64,000 bases of DNA from an uncultured Lachnospiraceae bacterium (lineage in GTDB: Bacteria; Bacillota; Clostridia; Lachnospirales; Lachnospiraceae). Positions within the stretch are counted from its first letter, which is position 1. Each line of letters opens with the position of its first letter. The position numbers and the translations under genes are program-made. Shown piece after piece: positions 36,613-47,009 of this stretch. The notes under the pieces were generated by a model, which saw nothing but the letters and a program-made list of their open reading frames with translations, made no database searches and was not told the DNA's origin. The DNA lies in NCBI GenBank assembly GCA_947589095.1, contig CANQBX010000008.1, forward strand, positions 2,949-66,948, in the 5' to 3' direction.

Positions 36613-38259
36613 ATGATCAGTGCGAACAACATTACACTGCGGGTCGGAAAAAGAGCGTTATTTGAGGACGTTAACATCAAATTTGTCGAGGAAAACTGCT
36701 ACGGCGTCATCGGCGCCAACGGCGCCGGCAAGTCCACGTTTCTGCGGATCCTGTCGGGACAGCTGGAGCCTACCTCCGGCGACGTGGTGATCACCGACGG
36801 GCAGCGTCTTTCTTTTCTGCAGCAGGATCATTTCAAATACGACCAGTACACGGTGACGGATACGGTAATCCTGGGCAATCCCAGGCTCTACGAGGTGATG
36901 AAGGAGAAGGACGCCATTTACATGAAGGAGGATTTCTCTGACGAGGACGGCATCCGGGCGGCGGAACTGGAGGCGGAGTTCGCCGAGATGAACGGCTGGG
37001 AGGCGGAATCCGACGCGGCGAACCTCTTAAACGGTCTCGGCGTCGATACGGATTATCATTACACGCTGATGAAGGACTTAAACGGCGCCCTGAAGGTGAA
37101 GGTGCTGCTGGCCCAGGCGCTTTTCGGCAATCCGGACATCCTGCTCCTCGACGAGCCGACCAACAACATGGACTTGGACGCTATCGCCTGGCTGGAGGAG
37201 TTCCTGATCAATTTTGAGAACACGGTGATCGTAGTGTCCCACGACCGCTATTTTCTGAATAAAGTCTGCACCCAGATCGCCGATATCGATTACGGCAAGA
37301 TCCAGCTTTACGCCGGCAACTATGATTTCTGGTTCGAGTCCAGCCAGCTGATGGTCAAACAGATGAAGGAGGCCAACCGCAAGAAAGAGGAGAAGATCAA
37401 GGAGCTGCAGGAGTTCATCCAACGGTTCTCGGCCAACGCCTCCAAGTCCAAGCAGGCGACTTCCCGTAAGAGGGCGCTGGAGAAGATCCAATTAGACGAC
37501 ATCAAGCCCTCCAGCCGGAAGTATCCGTATATCGATTTCCGGCCGTTCCGCGAGATCGGCAACGAGGTGCTGACGGTGACGAATCTGTCGAAGACCATCG
37601 ACGGCGTGAAGGTGCTGGACGATATTTCCTTTATCTTAAACCGCACCGACAAGGTTGCGCTGGTGGGGCCCAACGAGCAGGCGAAGACCGTGCTTTTCCA
37701 GATCCTTGCCGGGGAAATGGAGCCGGACAGCGGCGATTACAAATGGGGCCTGACCACGACCCAGTCCTACTTCCCGAAGGACAACAGCGCGGAGTTTGCT
37801 AATGAAGATACAATCGTGGAGTGGCTGACCCAGTATTCGCCGGAGAAGGATGTGACGTACGTGCGCGGCTTCCTGGGCCGGATGCTGTTCGCCGGCGAGG
37901 ACGGCGTGAAGAAGGTGAAGGTGCTCTCCGGCGGCGAGAAGGTACGCTGCATGCTGTCGAAGCTGATGATCTCCGGCGCCAATGTGCTGATGCTGGATGA
38001 GCCCACCGACCATCTGGACATGGAGTCCATCACGGCGCTGAACAACGGCCTGATGAAATTCCCGGGCGTGCTTCTGTTCTCGTCCCGCGACCATCAGATC
38101 GTGCAGACCACGGCAAACCGGATCATGGAGATCGTGAACGGGAAGCTGATCGACAAGATCACGACCTACGACGAGTACCTGGAGAGCGACGAGATGGCGA
38201 GAAAACGCCAGGTGTTTACGCTGGTGAATACGGACGACGTGGAGCCGTTAGAGGAGTAA
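36613..38259 (+). CDS. ABC-F family ATPase (YbiT/YkpA-like ribosome-associated factor)
   Basis: Two ABC cassettes (GANGAGKST...LLLDEPTN; LSGGEKVR...MLDEPTD), an interdomain linker and no TM segments. Confidence 0.94.
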   Translation: MISANNITLRVGKRALFEDVNIKFVEENCYGVIGANGAGKSTFLRILSGQLEPTSGDVVITDGQRLSFLQQDHFKYDQYTVTDTVILGNPRLYEVMKEKDAIYMKEDFSDEDGIRAAELEAEFAEMNGWEAESDAANLLNGLGVDTDYHYTLMKDLNGALKVKVLLAQALFGNPDILLLDEPTNNMDLDAIAWLEEFLINFENTVIVVSHDRYFLNKVCTQIADIDYGKIQLYAGNYDFWFESSQLMVKQMKEANRKKEEKIKELQEFIQRFSANASKSKQATSRKRALEKIQLDDIKPSSRKYPYIDFRPFREIGNEVLTVTNLSKTIDGVKVLDDISFILNRTDKVALVGPNEQAKTVLFQILAGEMEPDSGDYKWGLTTTQSYFPKDNSAEFANEDTIVEWLTQYSPEKDVTYVRGFLGRMLFAGEDGVKKVKVLSGGEKVRCMLSKLMISGANVLMLDEPTDHLDMESITALNNGLMKFPGVLLFSSRDHQIVQTTANRIMEIVNGKLIDKITTYDEYLESDEMARKRQVFTLVNTDDVEPLEE

Positions 38260-38343
38260 TACAGGAAGAGCGTTACCGGCGCCTTGCTCGCATGGAAATA
38301 CGGGCAGGGCGTGACTGGTGCATCGCTTGCGCGAAAAGAAAAG

Positions 38344-38385
38344 AAGGCAGAAGCAGTTCCTTTAAGGAGCGTGCTTTTGCCTTTT
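38344..38385. terminator. Bidirectional intrinsic terminator between the ABC-F and BCCT genes
   Basis: AAGGCAGAAGCA...TGCTTTTGCCTT stem, A-rich on the left and T-rich on the right. Confidence 0.75.
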
Positions 38386-38466
38386 GATATTCTGATGTAA
38401 TGTCAAATGGGGCTTAGCTTCGATAGACAGCCTCCAATTTACTCTGCTTTCTGTTCAGCGCAATTT

Positions 38467-40008
38467 TCATTTCTTCTTTTCTTCCAGATATCTTCCCGCA
38501 TCTTTAAAGAAACTCCCGATAATGATCATCATAATGATCCCCACCGGGAACGCCGCGATGATCGACACCGACTGCAGATTCGCCATGGAGTTCTCCGAGA
38601 AGATCAGCGCGATCGGGAACAGGATCAGCATGACCGCCCAGAAAAGCCGGATATTCCGGTGCGGCTCCGCGCCGGCGGGCAGCGTTTTGTAGGAATAGGC
38701 GGACGCCACCATCGTGATCGAGTCGAAGGAAGTGGCGTAGAAGGCGATCATCGTGACGGCCAGCAGAAGCAGGCCCATTTTCGCCCAGGGAAGGGTCTGC
38801 ATGATCGTAATGATGATCCGGTACAGGTCGCCGGATGCCGCGTATTCGGCGATCAGATCCATCTGACCGGTGACCTGGAGGTTTAAGCTGTAATTTCCCA
38901 GAATGATGAAAGATGTAAATGTCCCCGCCAGAGCCCAGAAGTATCCGCCCAGGATCGTCTGACGGATGGTCCGCCCGCCGCTGATGGAGCCGATAAAGAA
39001 CGGCGTCGCCACGCACCATACCATCCAGTAGGCCCAGTAGAAGATGGTCCAGTTCTGCGGAAATGAAGTCTCCCGGAGGGCGTCGGTCCAGGTGGCAAGG
39101 CCGATGAAATTCTGAGTCAGATTGCCGATGGCGGTGATGCCGGTCTCGATCGTGTAGCGCACCTTGCCGCCGCCGATGAGCACATAGAGCAGCAGGGCGA
39201 AGAACAGATAGGTGCAGGAAGCGGCCAGCTTCGCTACGCCTTTCATACCGAAATATACGGTCACCGTATAGACCAGGCAGATGATCACGAGGATCGCGAT
39301 GGTGAACAGATTGGACTGCTCGATATGGAAGACTGTGCTCAGCGCCATGGACAGAAGCGGCGTCGCCAGGGAAAATGTGGTGGCAGTGCCGGCCAGCAGC
39401 GCGAACACGGCGATCAGGTCGATGAGCTTCCCGGCGGGACCGTCGGTCCATTTGCCGAGAAGCGGCCGGCAGGCCTCGGAATATTTCTGCTTATTGCGCT
39501 TGCGGACGTGGATCATGAAACCGAAGGCTACGGCCAGAACCATATAGAAGCTCCAGGGGATTGGTCCCCAGTGAAACAGCGGATAGGTGCTTGCCCAGTC
39601 CTGGACGCCTCCCAGTTCGGAGATCCGCGGTTCGCCGGCGTAGAGGATCCATTCGCACAGGGAGTAGAACAGGATATCGGCGGCCAGTCCGGCGGTAAAC
39701 ATCATGGAACCCCACTGGAAGGAGGTGTACTGCGGCTTCTCCTGATCCCCGAGCCGGATATCGCCGTATCTGGAAAAGGCAATATAAAGAGAGCACAGGA
39801 TCATCCCCAGGCCGATGAGGAGGTAATAGCTGCCCAGCTCGTCGCTCAGGAAGAACCGGATGGACGCCAGAACCTGCCCGGAGCCTTCCGGAACCGCCAC
39901 AAATACGATGCACAGAAGCAGAATGCAGATGAACGGTATCACAGTTGTTAAAATATCCAGTTGGCCGCGCAGGCCGGTTGGGGTATCTTTTTTGTTCGGA
40001 TTACGCAT
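38467..40008 (-). CDS. BCCT-family (betaine/carnitine/choline) transporter
   Basis: WGSMMFTAG, FHWGPIPW, WTIFYWAYW, TSFDS; about 12 TM segments; start moved to MRNP after AAGGAG. Confidence 0.92.
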   Translation of the reverse strand: MRNPNKKDTPTGLRGQLDILTTVIPFICILLLCIVFVAVPEGSGQVLASIRFFLSDELGSYYLLIGLGMILCSLYIAFSRYGDIRLGDQEKPQYTSFQWGSMMFTAGLAADILFYSLCEWILYAGEPRISELGGVQDWASTYPLFHWGPIPWSFYMVLAVAFGFMIHVRKRNKQKYSEACRPLLGKWTDGPAGKLIDLIAVFALLAGTATTFSLATPLLSMALSTVFHIEQSNLFTIAILVIICLVYTVTVYFGMKGVAKLAASCTYLFFALLLYVLIGGGKVRYTIETGITAIGNLTQNFIGLATWTDALRETSFPQNWTIFYWAYWMVWCVATPFFIGSISGGRTIRQTILGGYFWALAGTFTSFIILGNYSLNLQVTGQMDLIAEYAASGDLYRIIITIMQTLPWAKMGLLLLAVTMIAFYATSFDSITMVASAYSYKTLPAGAEPHRNIRLFWAVMLILFPIALIFSENSMANLQSVSIIAAFPVGIIMMIIIGSFFKDAGRYLEEKKK

Positions 40009-40209
40009 GCTATTCTCCTTTTTGTTCAAAAACAAACAAAAGTTGATGTATATTGAACATCATAGCACCGGAGGATGGAAAATGCAACCCCGTAAATCTG
40101 ACAATTTTCTAACATTTTTAAAAACCCCCTACAAAAACGAAGGAATTTTGGTATACTGTTGAAAGGGCATACGAAGCCTGTGCTGTGAATAATCAAGGAG
40201 GAAACAATT

Positions 40210-40722
40210 ATGAAGAAATTAATGGGAAATATGGCGCTGCTTTGCCTGTGCGTCTGTCTCCTGTGCGGATGTACGGAAAGCACTGTGATAGAGACCTCGG
40301 ACTACAGCGATCTGCCGCAGCCGGGACCGGACGGACTGGTGTGGGAGCAGATATGGGAGGATTGGCGCAGCATTTATGAGGATACGGCGGCGTATCCGTT
40401 CATTGACACAGTCAATGCCTCGATCGATTCGGAGAACGGCTCCGCCCGCTTTTTTCTTCTGACGAATTCGGTCATCTCTGAGGAGGAAGCGATCCAGTTC
40501 GCCATGGAAGCGGTGAAAGGATTTTCGGATGTGATAAGGGAGCAGGATCTGAGCCTGGAACCGTCCGGCTCCGACAGCTTCGGCGGCTATCTGAAACCAT
40601 TCGAGATCTATGTCATGGTAGGGCCGGACGGCACAAAGGCGGACAGATCCACCTGGATTTTAGAGGATACGGTTCCGGCAGGCGAGTACCGCGAATTTCA
40701 TAACAGCACCGCGGCGGAATAA
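40210..40722 (+). CDS. Acidic lipoprotein, unknown function
   Basis: Signal peptide with LCGC lipobox; AAGGAGG RBS; extended -10 TGGTATACT at 40149-40157. Confidence 0.78.
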   Translation: MKKLMGNMALLCLCVCLLCGCTESTVIETSDYSDLPQPGPDGLVWEQIWEDWRSIYEDTAAYPFIDTVNASIDSENGSARFFLLTNSVISEEEAIQFAMEAVKGFSDVIREQDLSLEPSGSDSFGGYLKPFEIYVMVGPDGTKADRSTWILEDTVPAGEYREFHNSTAAE

Positions 40723-40736
40723 TCCCGGAGTGAGGG

Positions 40737-41765
40737 TCAATCTGCGGGCAGGCCGCTGTGATAGGAATAGTTTCCTAATTCTTCTATAATATCGGTGAAA
40801 TCGGTCTCCTCCGATACGGTGTCGGGGGAGATCTTTTTGTGCTCTTTCATAAGCTCCGGCGATGGATTCTGCCGCGCGATGAGCCGGAGCGCGATCAGGG
40901 AATACACGGTATTGCATCGCGCGAGGGCCTGGTGGAACAGATCCATAAAGGAAGCGTCGGAGGCGAGACGGCGGTCCCAGGGGTTGGACCAGGTCTCGTG
41001 ATCCAGGTTCAGGCTCCGGCGGGGATCGATCACCCGGTCGGTTACGATCTTGCGGGAGATTACGGGATTTTTGAGGAAAATGGATTCCATAAATTCCACC
41101 CGGTTCCGCTTATGGCCGGACGGATCCGCCAGGGTGCGGCAGCCGAAGCGCAGGGCCAGAATGGAACGGTGGATCATCCGCGGCGTCACCTGGAAATTAT
41201 TTTCACAGGTGATCGGATAGTAGGTGATATTGATACAGTCGCAGAGAAACCGGGAGATGAACTGCATCTCTTGGGGATTTAAGCAGATCGTGGCCGCCTG
41301 GTTAAATTCCGAAGGCTTTTTCTTTTTGTATTTCTGAAGCAGAAGGGCGTCGATCTCGTTTTCCAGCTGCGCGTGGAGGCCGTGAAGCCTGACCTCCGGC
41401 CGGTCAGCGTCATAATGGATCCGTCCGTAGACGAAGGGATGGCAAATGGAATCGCAGATGTAATGGCAGACGTAGCCGCAGAAGTAGGCGACGGCCTGCT
41501 CCCGCTGCTGGCGCGACCGGATTTGCAGGGTCTCCTGTATGTAGGTGACGAAAAAATCACGCACATGGTGCTCATGCATATAGGAACCCACATTGCGGTA
41601 ATCGCGGTGACGCAGGATCGGCAGGTTGTAGAAGAACATATCCGGTCCTTGCAGGCCCAGCTGGTAGAGCCAGCGGTATTTGGCGATGATGTGCTTAAGC
41701 GGTGTGGAGGGAAGGTCATTGTATGCCTTCATTCCGAAGATGTAGTGCGTAGTAAAGCCGGGCAT
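40737..41765 (-). CDS. Zinc-dependent phospholipase C family protein
   Basis: MPGFTTHYIFG, GLQGPDMFFY, GYVCHYICDSICHPFV, HAQLENEID. Confidence 0.88.
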   Translation of the reverse strand: MPGFTTHYIFGMKAYNDLPSTPLKHIIAKYRWLYQLGLQGPDMFFYNLPILRHRDYRNVGSYMHEHHVRDFFVTYIQETLQIRSRQQREQAVAYFCGYVCHYICDSICHPFVYGRIHYDADRPEVRLHGLHAQLENEIDALLLQKYKKKKPSEFNQAATICLNPQEMQFISRFLCDCINITYYPITCENNFQVTPRMIHRSILALRFGCRTLADPSGHKRNRVEFMESIFLKNPVISRKIVTDRVIDPRRSLNLDHETWSNPWDRRLASDASFMDLFHQALARCNTVYSLIALRLIARQNPSPELMKEHKKISPDTVSEETDFTDIIEELGNYSYHSGLPAD

Positions 41766-41952
41766 ATGGAAAGCCTCCTTAATTCGGCGGTGTTCGGTTG
41801 TGACTGTTATGGATCCGCGGCGCGATGCTCAAAAGCCTGCGCCGATAGTATAGCATAGATTTCTCATAAATGCGAGAGAAACCAGCAGATGCCAGTCATA
41901 GATTTTTGGAAAAGGGAATAGATGGTTAGAAAAGACACGCGGGAGGCGCGTC

Positions 41953-43428
41953 ATGATTCATTGGCTGCATGGTCTGGTGTGGGGGCCGGCGCTGATCGGG
42001 CTGTTGCTGGCGGCCGGGAGTTATTATACGTGGAAGAGCGGATTCTTCCAGATCAGAGGCTTTCGGGTATGGTGGCACGCGACGGCGGCGAGTCTGTGGA
42101 AAAGCGGAAATGAGAAAAAGGAGCCGGACGGCGGCAGTGCCGCGCTGACGAAATTTCAGACCGTCTGCACTGCGCTGGCGGCTACCGTCGGAACCGGCAA
42201 TATTGCCGGTGTGGCTACAGCCCTGGTGGCCGGGGGTCCCGGAGCGGTCTTCTGGATGTGGGTATCCGCTCTTCTGGGAATGATGACAGCTTATGCGGAG
42301 GTGAGCCTGGGGATCCGCTTTCGGAGACGGCAGCCGGACGGCACGTATCTGGGCGGTCCCTGCGCGTATCTGTCCGAGGGGCTGCATATGCCCCGGCTGG
42401 CGTTTATCTATGGGATGCTGTGTCTGTGCGCGTCGCTGGGGATGGGCGGCATGGTTCAGTCGAACGCGGTTGCCCAGACGCTTTCGGCGTCGATAGGAGT
42501 TCCGCCGCCTGTCTGCGCGGTTGTTGTGACGGCGCTGGTACTGGGGATCGTTTCCGGCGGGACGAAGCGGATCGCGGGCGTGGCGGTATGGATGATTCCG
42601 CTGGCCGCCGCCGTCTATGCGGCCGGTTCCGTGACGGTGCTGGCGGTGTACCGCAGACAGATCCCACGGATCCTGGCGGAGATCTTCCGGTGCGCGCTGA
42701 CGCCGGAGGCCGCTCTCGGGGGGACAGGCGGCTATGGCGTCATGCTTACGCTGCGCCGGTATGCGGGAAAGGATGGCGGTATGCTTTCGGCCTTCCGCTA
42801 TGGCGTCGCGAGAGGCGTCTTTTCCAATGAAGCCGGCCTGGGAACGCTGGCGGGCCTTCATGGAGCGGCCGGAGATACGACTCCGGGGGAGCAGGGAATG
42901 TGGGCTATGTTCGAAGTGTTTTTTGACACGATGGTGATCTGTACGATGACGGCGCTGGTGATCCTGTGCGTTGCAGGAGGCGGAGAGGGTCTGCGCGGCT
43001 GCAGATGGGACGGTGCGGCGCTGGCGGGCCGGTGCTTCGGGCACGTCCTTGGACGCGCCGGAGAATATCTGGTTTCCGCGGCGATGGCCGTATTCGCGTT
43101 TTCTACCATGATCGCTTGGTATTTTCTGGGACGGCAGACGCTGGGAGCCGTGACGGGCCTGGCGGGACGGCTGTGGAAGAGCCATGGCGGACACGGGAAG
43201 CAGGGAACGGCGGCGGACAGCCGGAGGCTGCCGGATCCCCGCCCGAAAGCGGACGTGAGCAATATGGCCGGAACCATATATCTGATCCTTTATGCGTACG
43301 CGGTCTTTCTGGGATGTGTGAGCAGCCTGACCGCCGTGTGGGAGCTGTCGGACGTCTTTAACGGACTGATGGCGTTTCCGAATCTGCTGGCTCTGTTTCT
43401 GCTGCGGCGCGAGGCTCCGATGGATTGA
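41953..43428 (+). CDS. Alanine/glycine:cation symporter (AgcS family)
   Basis: LAATVGTGNIAGVA, GGPGAVFWMW, GVARGVFSNEAGLG, NGLMAFPNL. Confidence 0.95.
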   Translation: MIHWLHGLVWGPALIGLLLAAGSYYTWKSGFFQIRGFRVWWHATAASLWKSGNEKKEPDGGSAALTKFQTVCTALAATVGTGNIAGVATALVAGGPGAVFWMWVSALLGMMTAYAEVSLGIRFRRRQPDGTYLGGPCAYLSEGLHMPRLAFIYGMLCLCASLGMGGMVQSNAVAQTLSASIGVPPPVCAVVVTALVLGIVSGGTKRIAGVAVWMIPLAAAVYAAGSVTVLAVYRRQIPRILAEIFRCALTPEAALGGTGGYGVMLTLRRYAGKDGGMLSAFRYGVARGVFSNEAGLGTLAGLHGAAGDTTPGEQGMWAMFEVFFDTMVICTMTALVILCVAGGGEGLRGCRWDGAALAGRCFGHVLGRAGEYLVSAAMAVFAFSTMIAWYFLGRQTLGAVTGLAGRLWKSHGGHGKQGTAADSRRLPDPRPKADVSNMAGTIYLILYAYAVFLGCVSSLTAVWELSDVFNGLMAFPNLLALFLLRREAPMD

Positions 43429-43434
43429 TGATAA

Positions 43435-43482
43435 AAAAAGCTTGCCGCCCGGCAGCGGCTCTACCCGGCGGCAAACTTTTCT
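43435..43482. terminator. Terminator-like hairpin after agcS
   Basis: AAAAAAGcTTGCCG...CGGCAAaCTTTT inverted repeat. Confidence 0.55.
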
Positions 43483-43745
43483 ATAATGGATTAAAAAGGG
43501 AGGAGAGCTGATAACCAATCGTATCAGCTCAAGTATTATGAAAAAAATCGCATTGGCTATCTGTCTCTTACTATAGAGAAGAAATATGAAGAAATAATGC
43601 TGAATGTGTAAATCTTTTTTGAATAATTTGTGAACATCCCGGGGCTTGCCTGACAGCCGAAATAATGGTAAGATGTTGTTGAAAAGAATATACGCAGGGC
43701 AGCATGGCTGCGTCTCTTAATATCGCGATTGGGAGGCAGACTAAG

Positions 43746-45881
43746 ATGGATGAGAATAAGCAAAAGAACAAATACAAGGTTTTGATCGTAGACGATTCGG
43801 AGATGAATCGCTCGATCCTGGCAGACATTCTGGGCGAGGAATATGATATTATTGAGGCGGAGGACGGAGAGGAAGCCGTTAAGATTCTGAGAAAGAGAAG
43901 CTCGGAGATATCCCTGGTGCTTCTGGATATCGTGATGCCGAAGATGGACGGTTTCGAGGTCCTTGTCATGATGAACAAGTATCAGTGGATCGATGAGATT
44001 CCGGTGATCATGATCTCCGCGGAGAGCAGTTCCACCTCGGTGGAGAGAGCCTTCGACCTGGGCGTCGTCGATTACATAAGCAGACCCTTTGACGCGGTGG
44101 TGGTGCACCGCCGCGTGGTCAATACGATCCTTCTCTACGCGAAGCAGCGGAAACTGGTGGGCATGGTTACGGATCAGATCTATGAGAAGGAGAAGCAGAG
44201 CCGTCTGATGATCGACATCTTAAGCCAGATCGTCGAGTTCCGCAACGGCGAGAGCGGCATGCATGTGCTGCATATCCACCTGATCACGGAGATCCTTTTA
44301 AAGCAGCTCTTCCAGAAGACGGGCCGGTACCGCCTCACTCCCGAGGACATTACCATGATCACGCTGGCGTCTGCCCTCCACGACGTGGGCAAGATCGCCA
44401 TTCCCGGGGAGATCCTGAATAAGCCCGGCAAGCTTACGAAGGAAGAATATAAGACCATGAAGACCCATCCGGCGGTAGGCGCGGCCATGCTGGATGAACT
44501 GCCGTTCCACCAGGATGAGCCGCTTCTCAGAAGGGCCTATGAGATCTGCCGATGGCATCATGAGCGCTATGACGGCCGCGGTTATCCGGACGGACTGAAG
44601 GGCGACGAGATCCCGATTTCCGCCCAGGTAGTGGCGTTGGCGGATGTCTATGACGCGCTGGTCAGCGAGCGTGTGTATAAGAGGGCGTTTTCCCACGAAG
44701 TGGCGGTGGAGATGATTCTCGACGGCGAGTGCGGCGTATTCAATCCGATCCTTCTGGAATGTCTGGTGGAATGCGCCGGGAAGATCCAGGACAGCCTGGA
44801 GTCGGCGACCTTCGGGGCCAGTATCAGTGAGCAGAGGGAGATCCGCAAGATCACCGAAGAAATGATGCAGCATGAGGAACTGTCTGCGTCCGAGCGGACG
44901 CTGCGGCTTCTCGAGCATGAGCGCACGAAATATCGTTTCTATGCTTCCATGTCCCATGAGGTTCAGTTTGAGTATTCGGTGGAACCGTCCATGCTGACCC
45001 TGTCGGAATGGGGAGCGGCGGTGCTCGGCATTAAAGAGATCATTATGGAGCCGGAGAATGACGAGTCGTTTAGGGAGCTTTTGGGAGACGATGTGATAAA
45101 GAACTTTTCGGAGCTTCTGTATGGAACCAAGCCGAAGAATCCGGTGTTCCGTTTCCAGGGGCTGATCGAGGTAAAGGGAGAAGCCAGATGGCATCAGATC
45201 ATCTGCCAGGCGCTGTGGTCCTCCGATGAGACGCCCAGGCTGACAGGCGCCATCGGCAAGGCCGTGGATATCCATGACGAGCATATGCGGCTGGTCCATC
45301 TGGAGCAGACTGCATCCCACGACGGCCTGACCGGGCTTCTGAATCATGCCAGCGCGGAATACATTATCCGGGAGCGGCTGCGGCTGAATCCGAGAGGGAA
45401 ATTCGCCATGTTCCTTCTGGATCTGGATTTCTTCAAGTCGGCGAATGACGAACACGGACATATTTTCGGGGATCGTGTGCTTCAGCATCTTGCGGAGAAG
45501 ATCCGGGAAAGCGTCCGCGACGAGGATGTGGCTGCCAGGATGGGCGGGGATGAATTCCTGATGTTCATTGATTATACGACGGATCTGGATTCGGTGGTGG
45601 ATCGCATCTATCATTCGCTGCTGGGGTATTACGAGCATTTTAAGATTTCTGTCAGCATGGGCGTGGCGGTGAGCAACGGTGAGAATCTGGATTATGAGAC
45701 GCTGTTCCACCATGCGGATGAAGCCCTCTATTCGGTAAAGCTGTCCGGACGCGGCGCATACCATTTCTACAGGCCGGAGATGGATGAGATGTTCGCCGAG
45801 CGGGAGCCGATCCCGCGGACGCCGGTGGAGAGTAATCGGGCGTCGGAGAAAGCAGAAGCCGCGGAGGGCGTCGAAGAATAG
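43746..45881 (+). CDS. REC - HD-GYP - GGDEF protein (c-di-GMP turnover)
   Basis: REC (LIVDDS, LLDIVMP), ALHDVGK, HHERYDGRGYP, DGLTGLLN, RDEDVAARMGGDEF; start after GGGAGG. Confidence 0.93.
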   Translation: MDENKQKNKYKVLIVDDSEMNRSILADILGEEYDIIEAEDGEEAVKILRKRSSEISLVLLDIVMPKMDGFEVLVMMNKYQWIDEIPVIMISAESSSTSVERAFDLGVVDYISRPFDAVVVHRRVVNTILLYAKQRKLVGMVTDQIYEKEKQSRLMIDILSQIVEFRNGESGMHVLHIHLITEILLKQLFQKTGRYRLTPEDITMITLASALHDVGKIAIPGEILNKPGKLTKEEYKTMKTHPAVGAAMLDELPFHQDEPLLRRAYEICRWHHERYDGRGYPDGLKGDEIPISAQVVALADVYDALVSERVYKRAFSHEVAVEMILDGECGVFNPILLECLVECAGKIQDSLESATFGASISEQREIRKITEEMMQHEELSASERTLRLLEHERTKYRFYASMSHEVQFEYSVEPSMLTLSEWGAAVLGIKEIIMEPENDESFRELLGDDVIKNFSELLYGTKPKNPVFRFQGLIEVKGEARWHQIICQALWSSDETPRLTGAIGKAVDIHDEHMRLVHLEQTASHDGLTGLLNHASAEYIIRERLRLNPRGKFAMFLLDLDFFKSANDEHGHIFGDRVLQHLAEKIRESVRDEDVAARMGGDEFLMFIDYTTDLDSVVDRIYHSLLGYYEHFKISVSMGVAVSNGENLDYETLFHHADEALYSVKLSGRGAYHFYRPEMDEMFAEREPIPRTPVESNRASEKAEAAEGVEE

Positions 45882-45922
45882 TTAAAGAAAGTTTAAGGAA
45901 AATGAACCTGCTGCTATAAGAT
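45882..45922 (+). promoter_or_regulatory. Direct repeat TTAAAG-N5-TTAAGG upstream of the SIMPL gene, with a -10-like TGCTATAAGAT
   Basis: Matches the element at 11243-11259 at 14 of 17 positions. Confidence 0.5.
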
Positions 45923-46054
45923 TCCTGTGATATATTGATAGGCAGTGGTGAAAGCTGCGCAAACGGTTCAGGACAGGATCCGGATGGGTCATGACTGCCG
46001 GGGCGTTTGCGGCCGCTGCGGAAGTGTGTGAATATATAGCAGGAGGGGATTTCC

Positions 46055-46918
46055 ATGAAGAAGAGTATAATTGCGGCAGCCGGCAGTATAATATGCGCCG
46101 GTATGCTTCTGGCGGCCTGCGCGCCGCAGGTGGCGACCAATGTTCCGGATGTGATCACAGTGCAGATGGCGGGGAATGAGACGGGCGCGGGTGCCGCTTC
46201 TGTGCAGGCAGAAGCAGGTGGATCGTCTGCCGCGCCGGGCAGTGTTCCGGGGACAAATGCCGCTGAGACGCGGACCGTGACGGTCACGGCCACTGAGACG
46301 GTGAAGGTGGCGCCGGATATGGCGCGGATCATTTATGAGATCACGACGGAGGATAAGGACGCCGAGGTCTGCCAGCAGAAGAACAGCGAGACACTGGATG
46401 CGGTGATCGCTTACCTGAAGGAACAGGGCGTGGCGGAGAAGTCTATCCAGACATCGGATTTCTCGCTGAATCCGCAGTATGAATATCCGGGCAATGGCCG
46501 GCAGGTGCTGGTCGGTTATGAGATGGACACCCAGCTGACGGTGTCGGACGTTCCGATGGATCAGGTGGGAGAACTGCTTACCGGCGCGGTAAGCGCCGGA
46601 GTGAGCCGGATCCGGGATGTATCTTACTACGCCAGCGGATATGATGAAGCCTATGATCAGGCGCTGGCGCTGGCTATGGAGATGGCGCAGGAGAAAGCGG
46701 AGGCGATTGCTCACGCCGGAGGCTGTCAGGTGACGGATGTATTGAGCGTGACCGAATCCGCCGACCGCCAGAGCGGGCGGTATGTGGACTCCGGCATCAG
46801 CCAGAATGTGATGGCGAAAGCGGCTGCGGAGGACAGCGCTGCGGGGATGGCTGTCATGGCCGGCGAGATGGAGATCGAGGCGGAGATCACGGTGGTGTAC
46901 CGGCTGCTGCCGAGATAG
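46055..46918 (+). CDS. SIMPL (DUF541) domain lipoprotein
   Basis: Lipobox LAAC; TVTVTATETVKVAPDMA, IQTSDFSLNPQY, ALAMEMAQEKAEAIA, VTVVY-like C-terminus. Confidence 0.92.
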   Translation: MKKSIIAAAGSIICAGMLLAACAPQVATNVPDVITVQMAGNETGAGAASVQAEAGGSSAAPGSVPGTNAAETRTVTVTATETVKVAPDMARIIYEITTEDKDAEVCQQKNSETLDAVIAYLKEQGVAEKSIQTSDFSLNPQYEYPGNGRQVLVGYEMDTQLTVSDVPMDQVGELLTGAVSAGVSRIRDVSYYASGYDEAYDQALALAMEMAQEKAEAIAHAGGCQVTDVLSVTESADRQSGRYVDSGISQNVMAKAAAEDSAAGMAVMAGEMEIEAEITVVYRLLPR

Positions 46919-47009
46919 AGGACAGGTGTGAAACCGGCCGTGTAGTATCCCGGATCAAAGAATTGGTGTGGGCATCAGCGGCGCTGTGATGTTTGGATTG
47001 CGCGCCGAG

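Noticed and set aside
31269-40008. Functional link between LicD and the BCCT transporter (phosphocholine decoration)
   Set aside because: No licA or licC in the window, the genes are about 6 kb apart on opposite strands, and LicD proteins can use other CDP-alcohols.
41766-41952. Glycine riboswitch upstream of agcS
   Set aside because: Expected from family context, but the conserved GGAGA...CCGAAG...CTCTCAGG aptamer elements are not visible.
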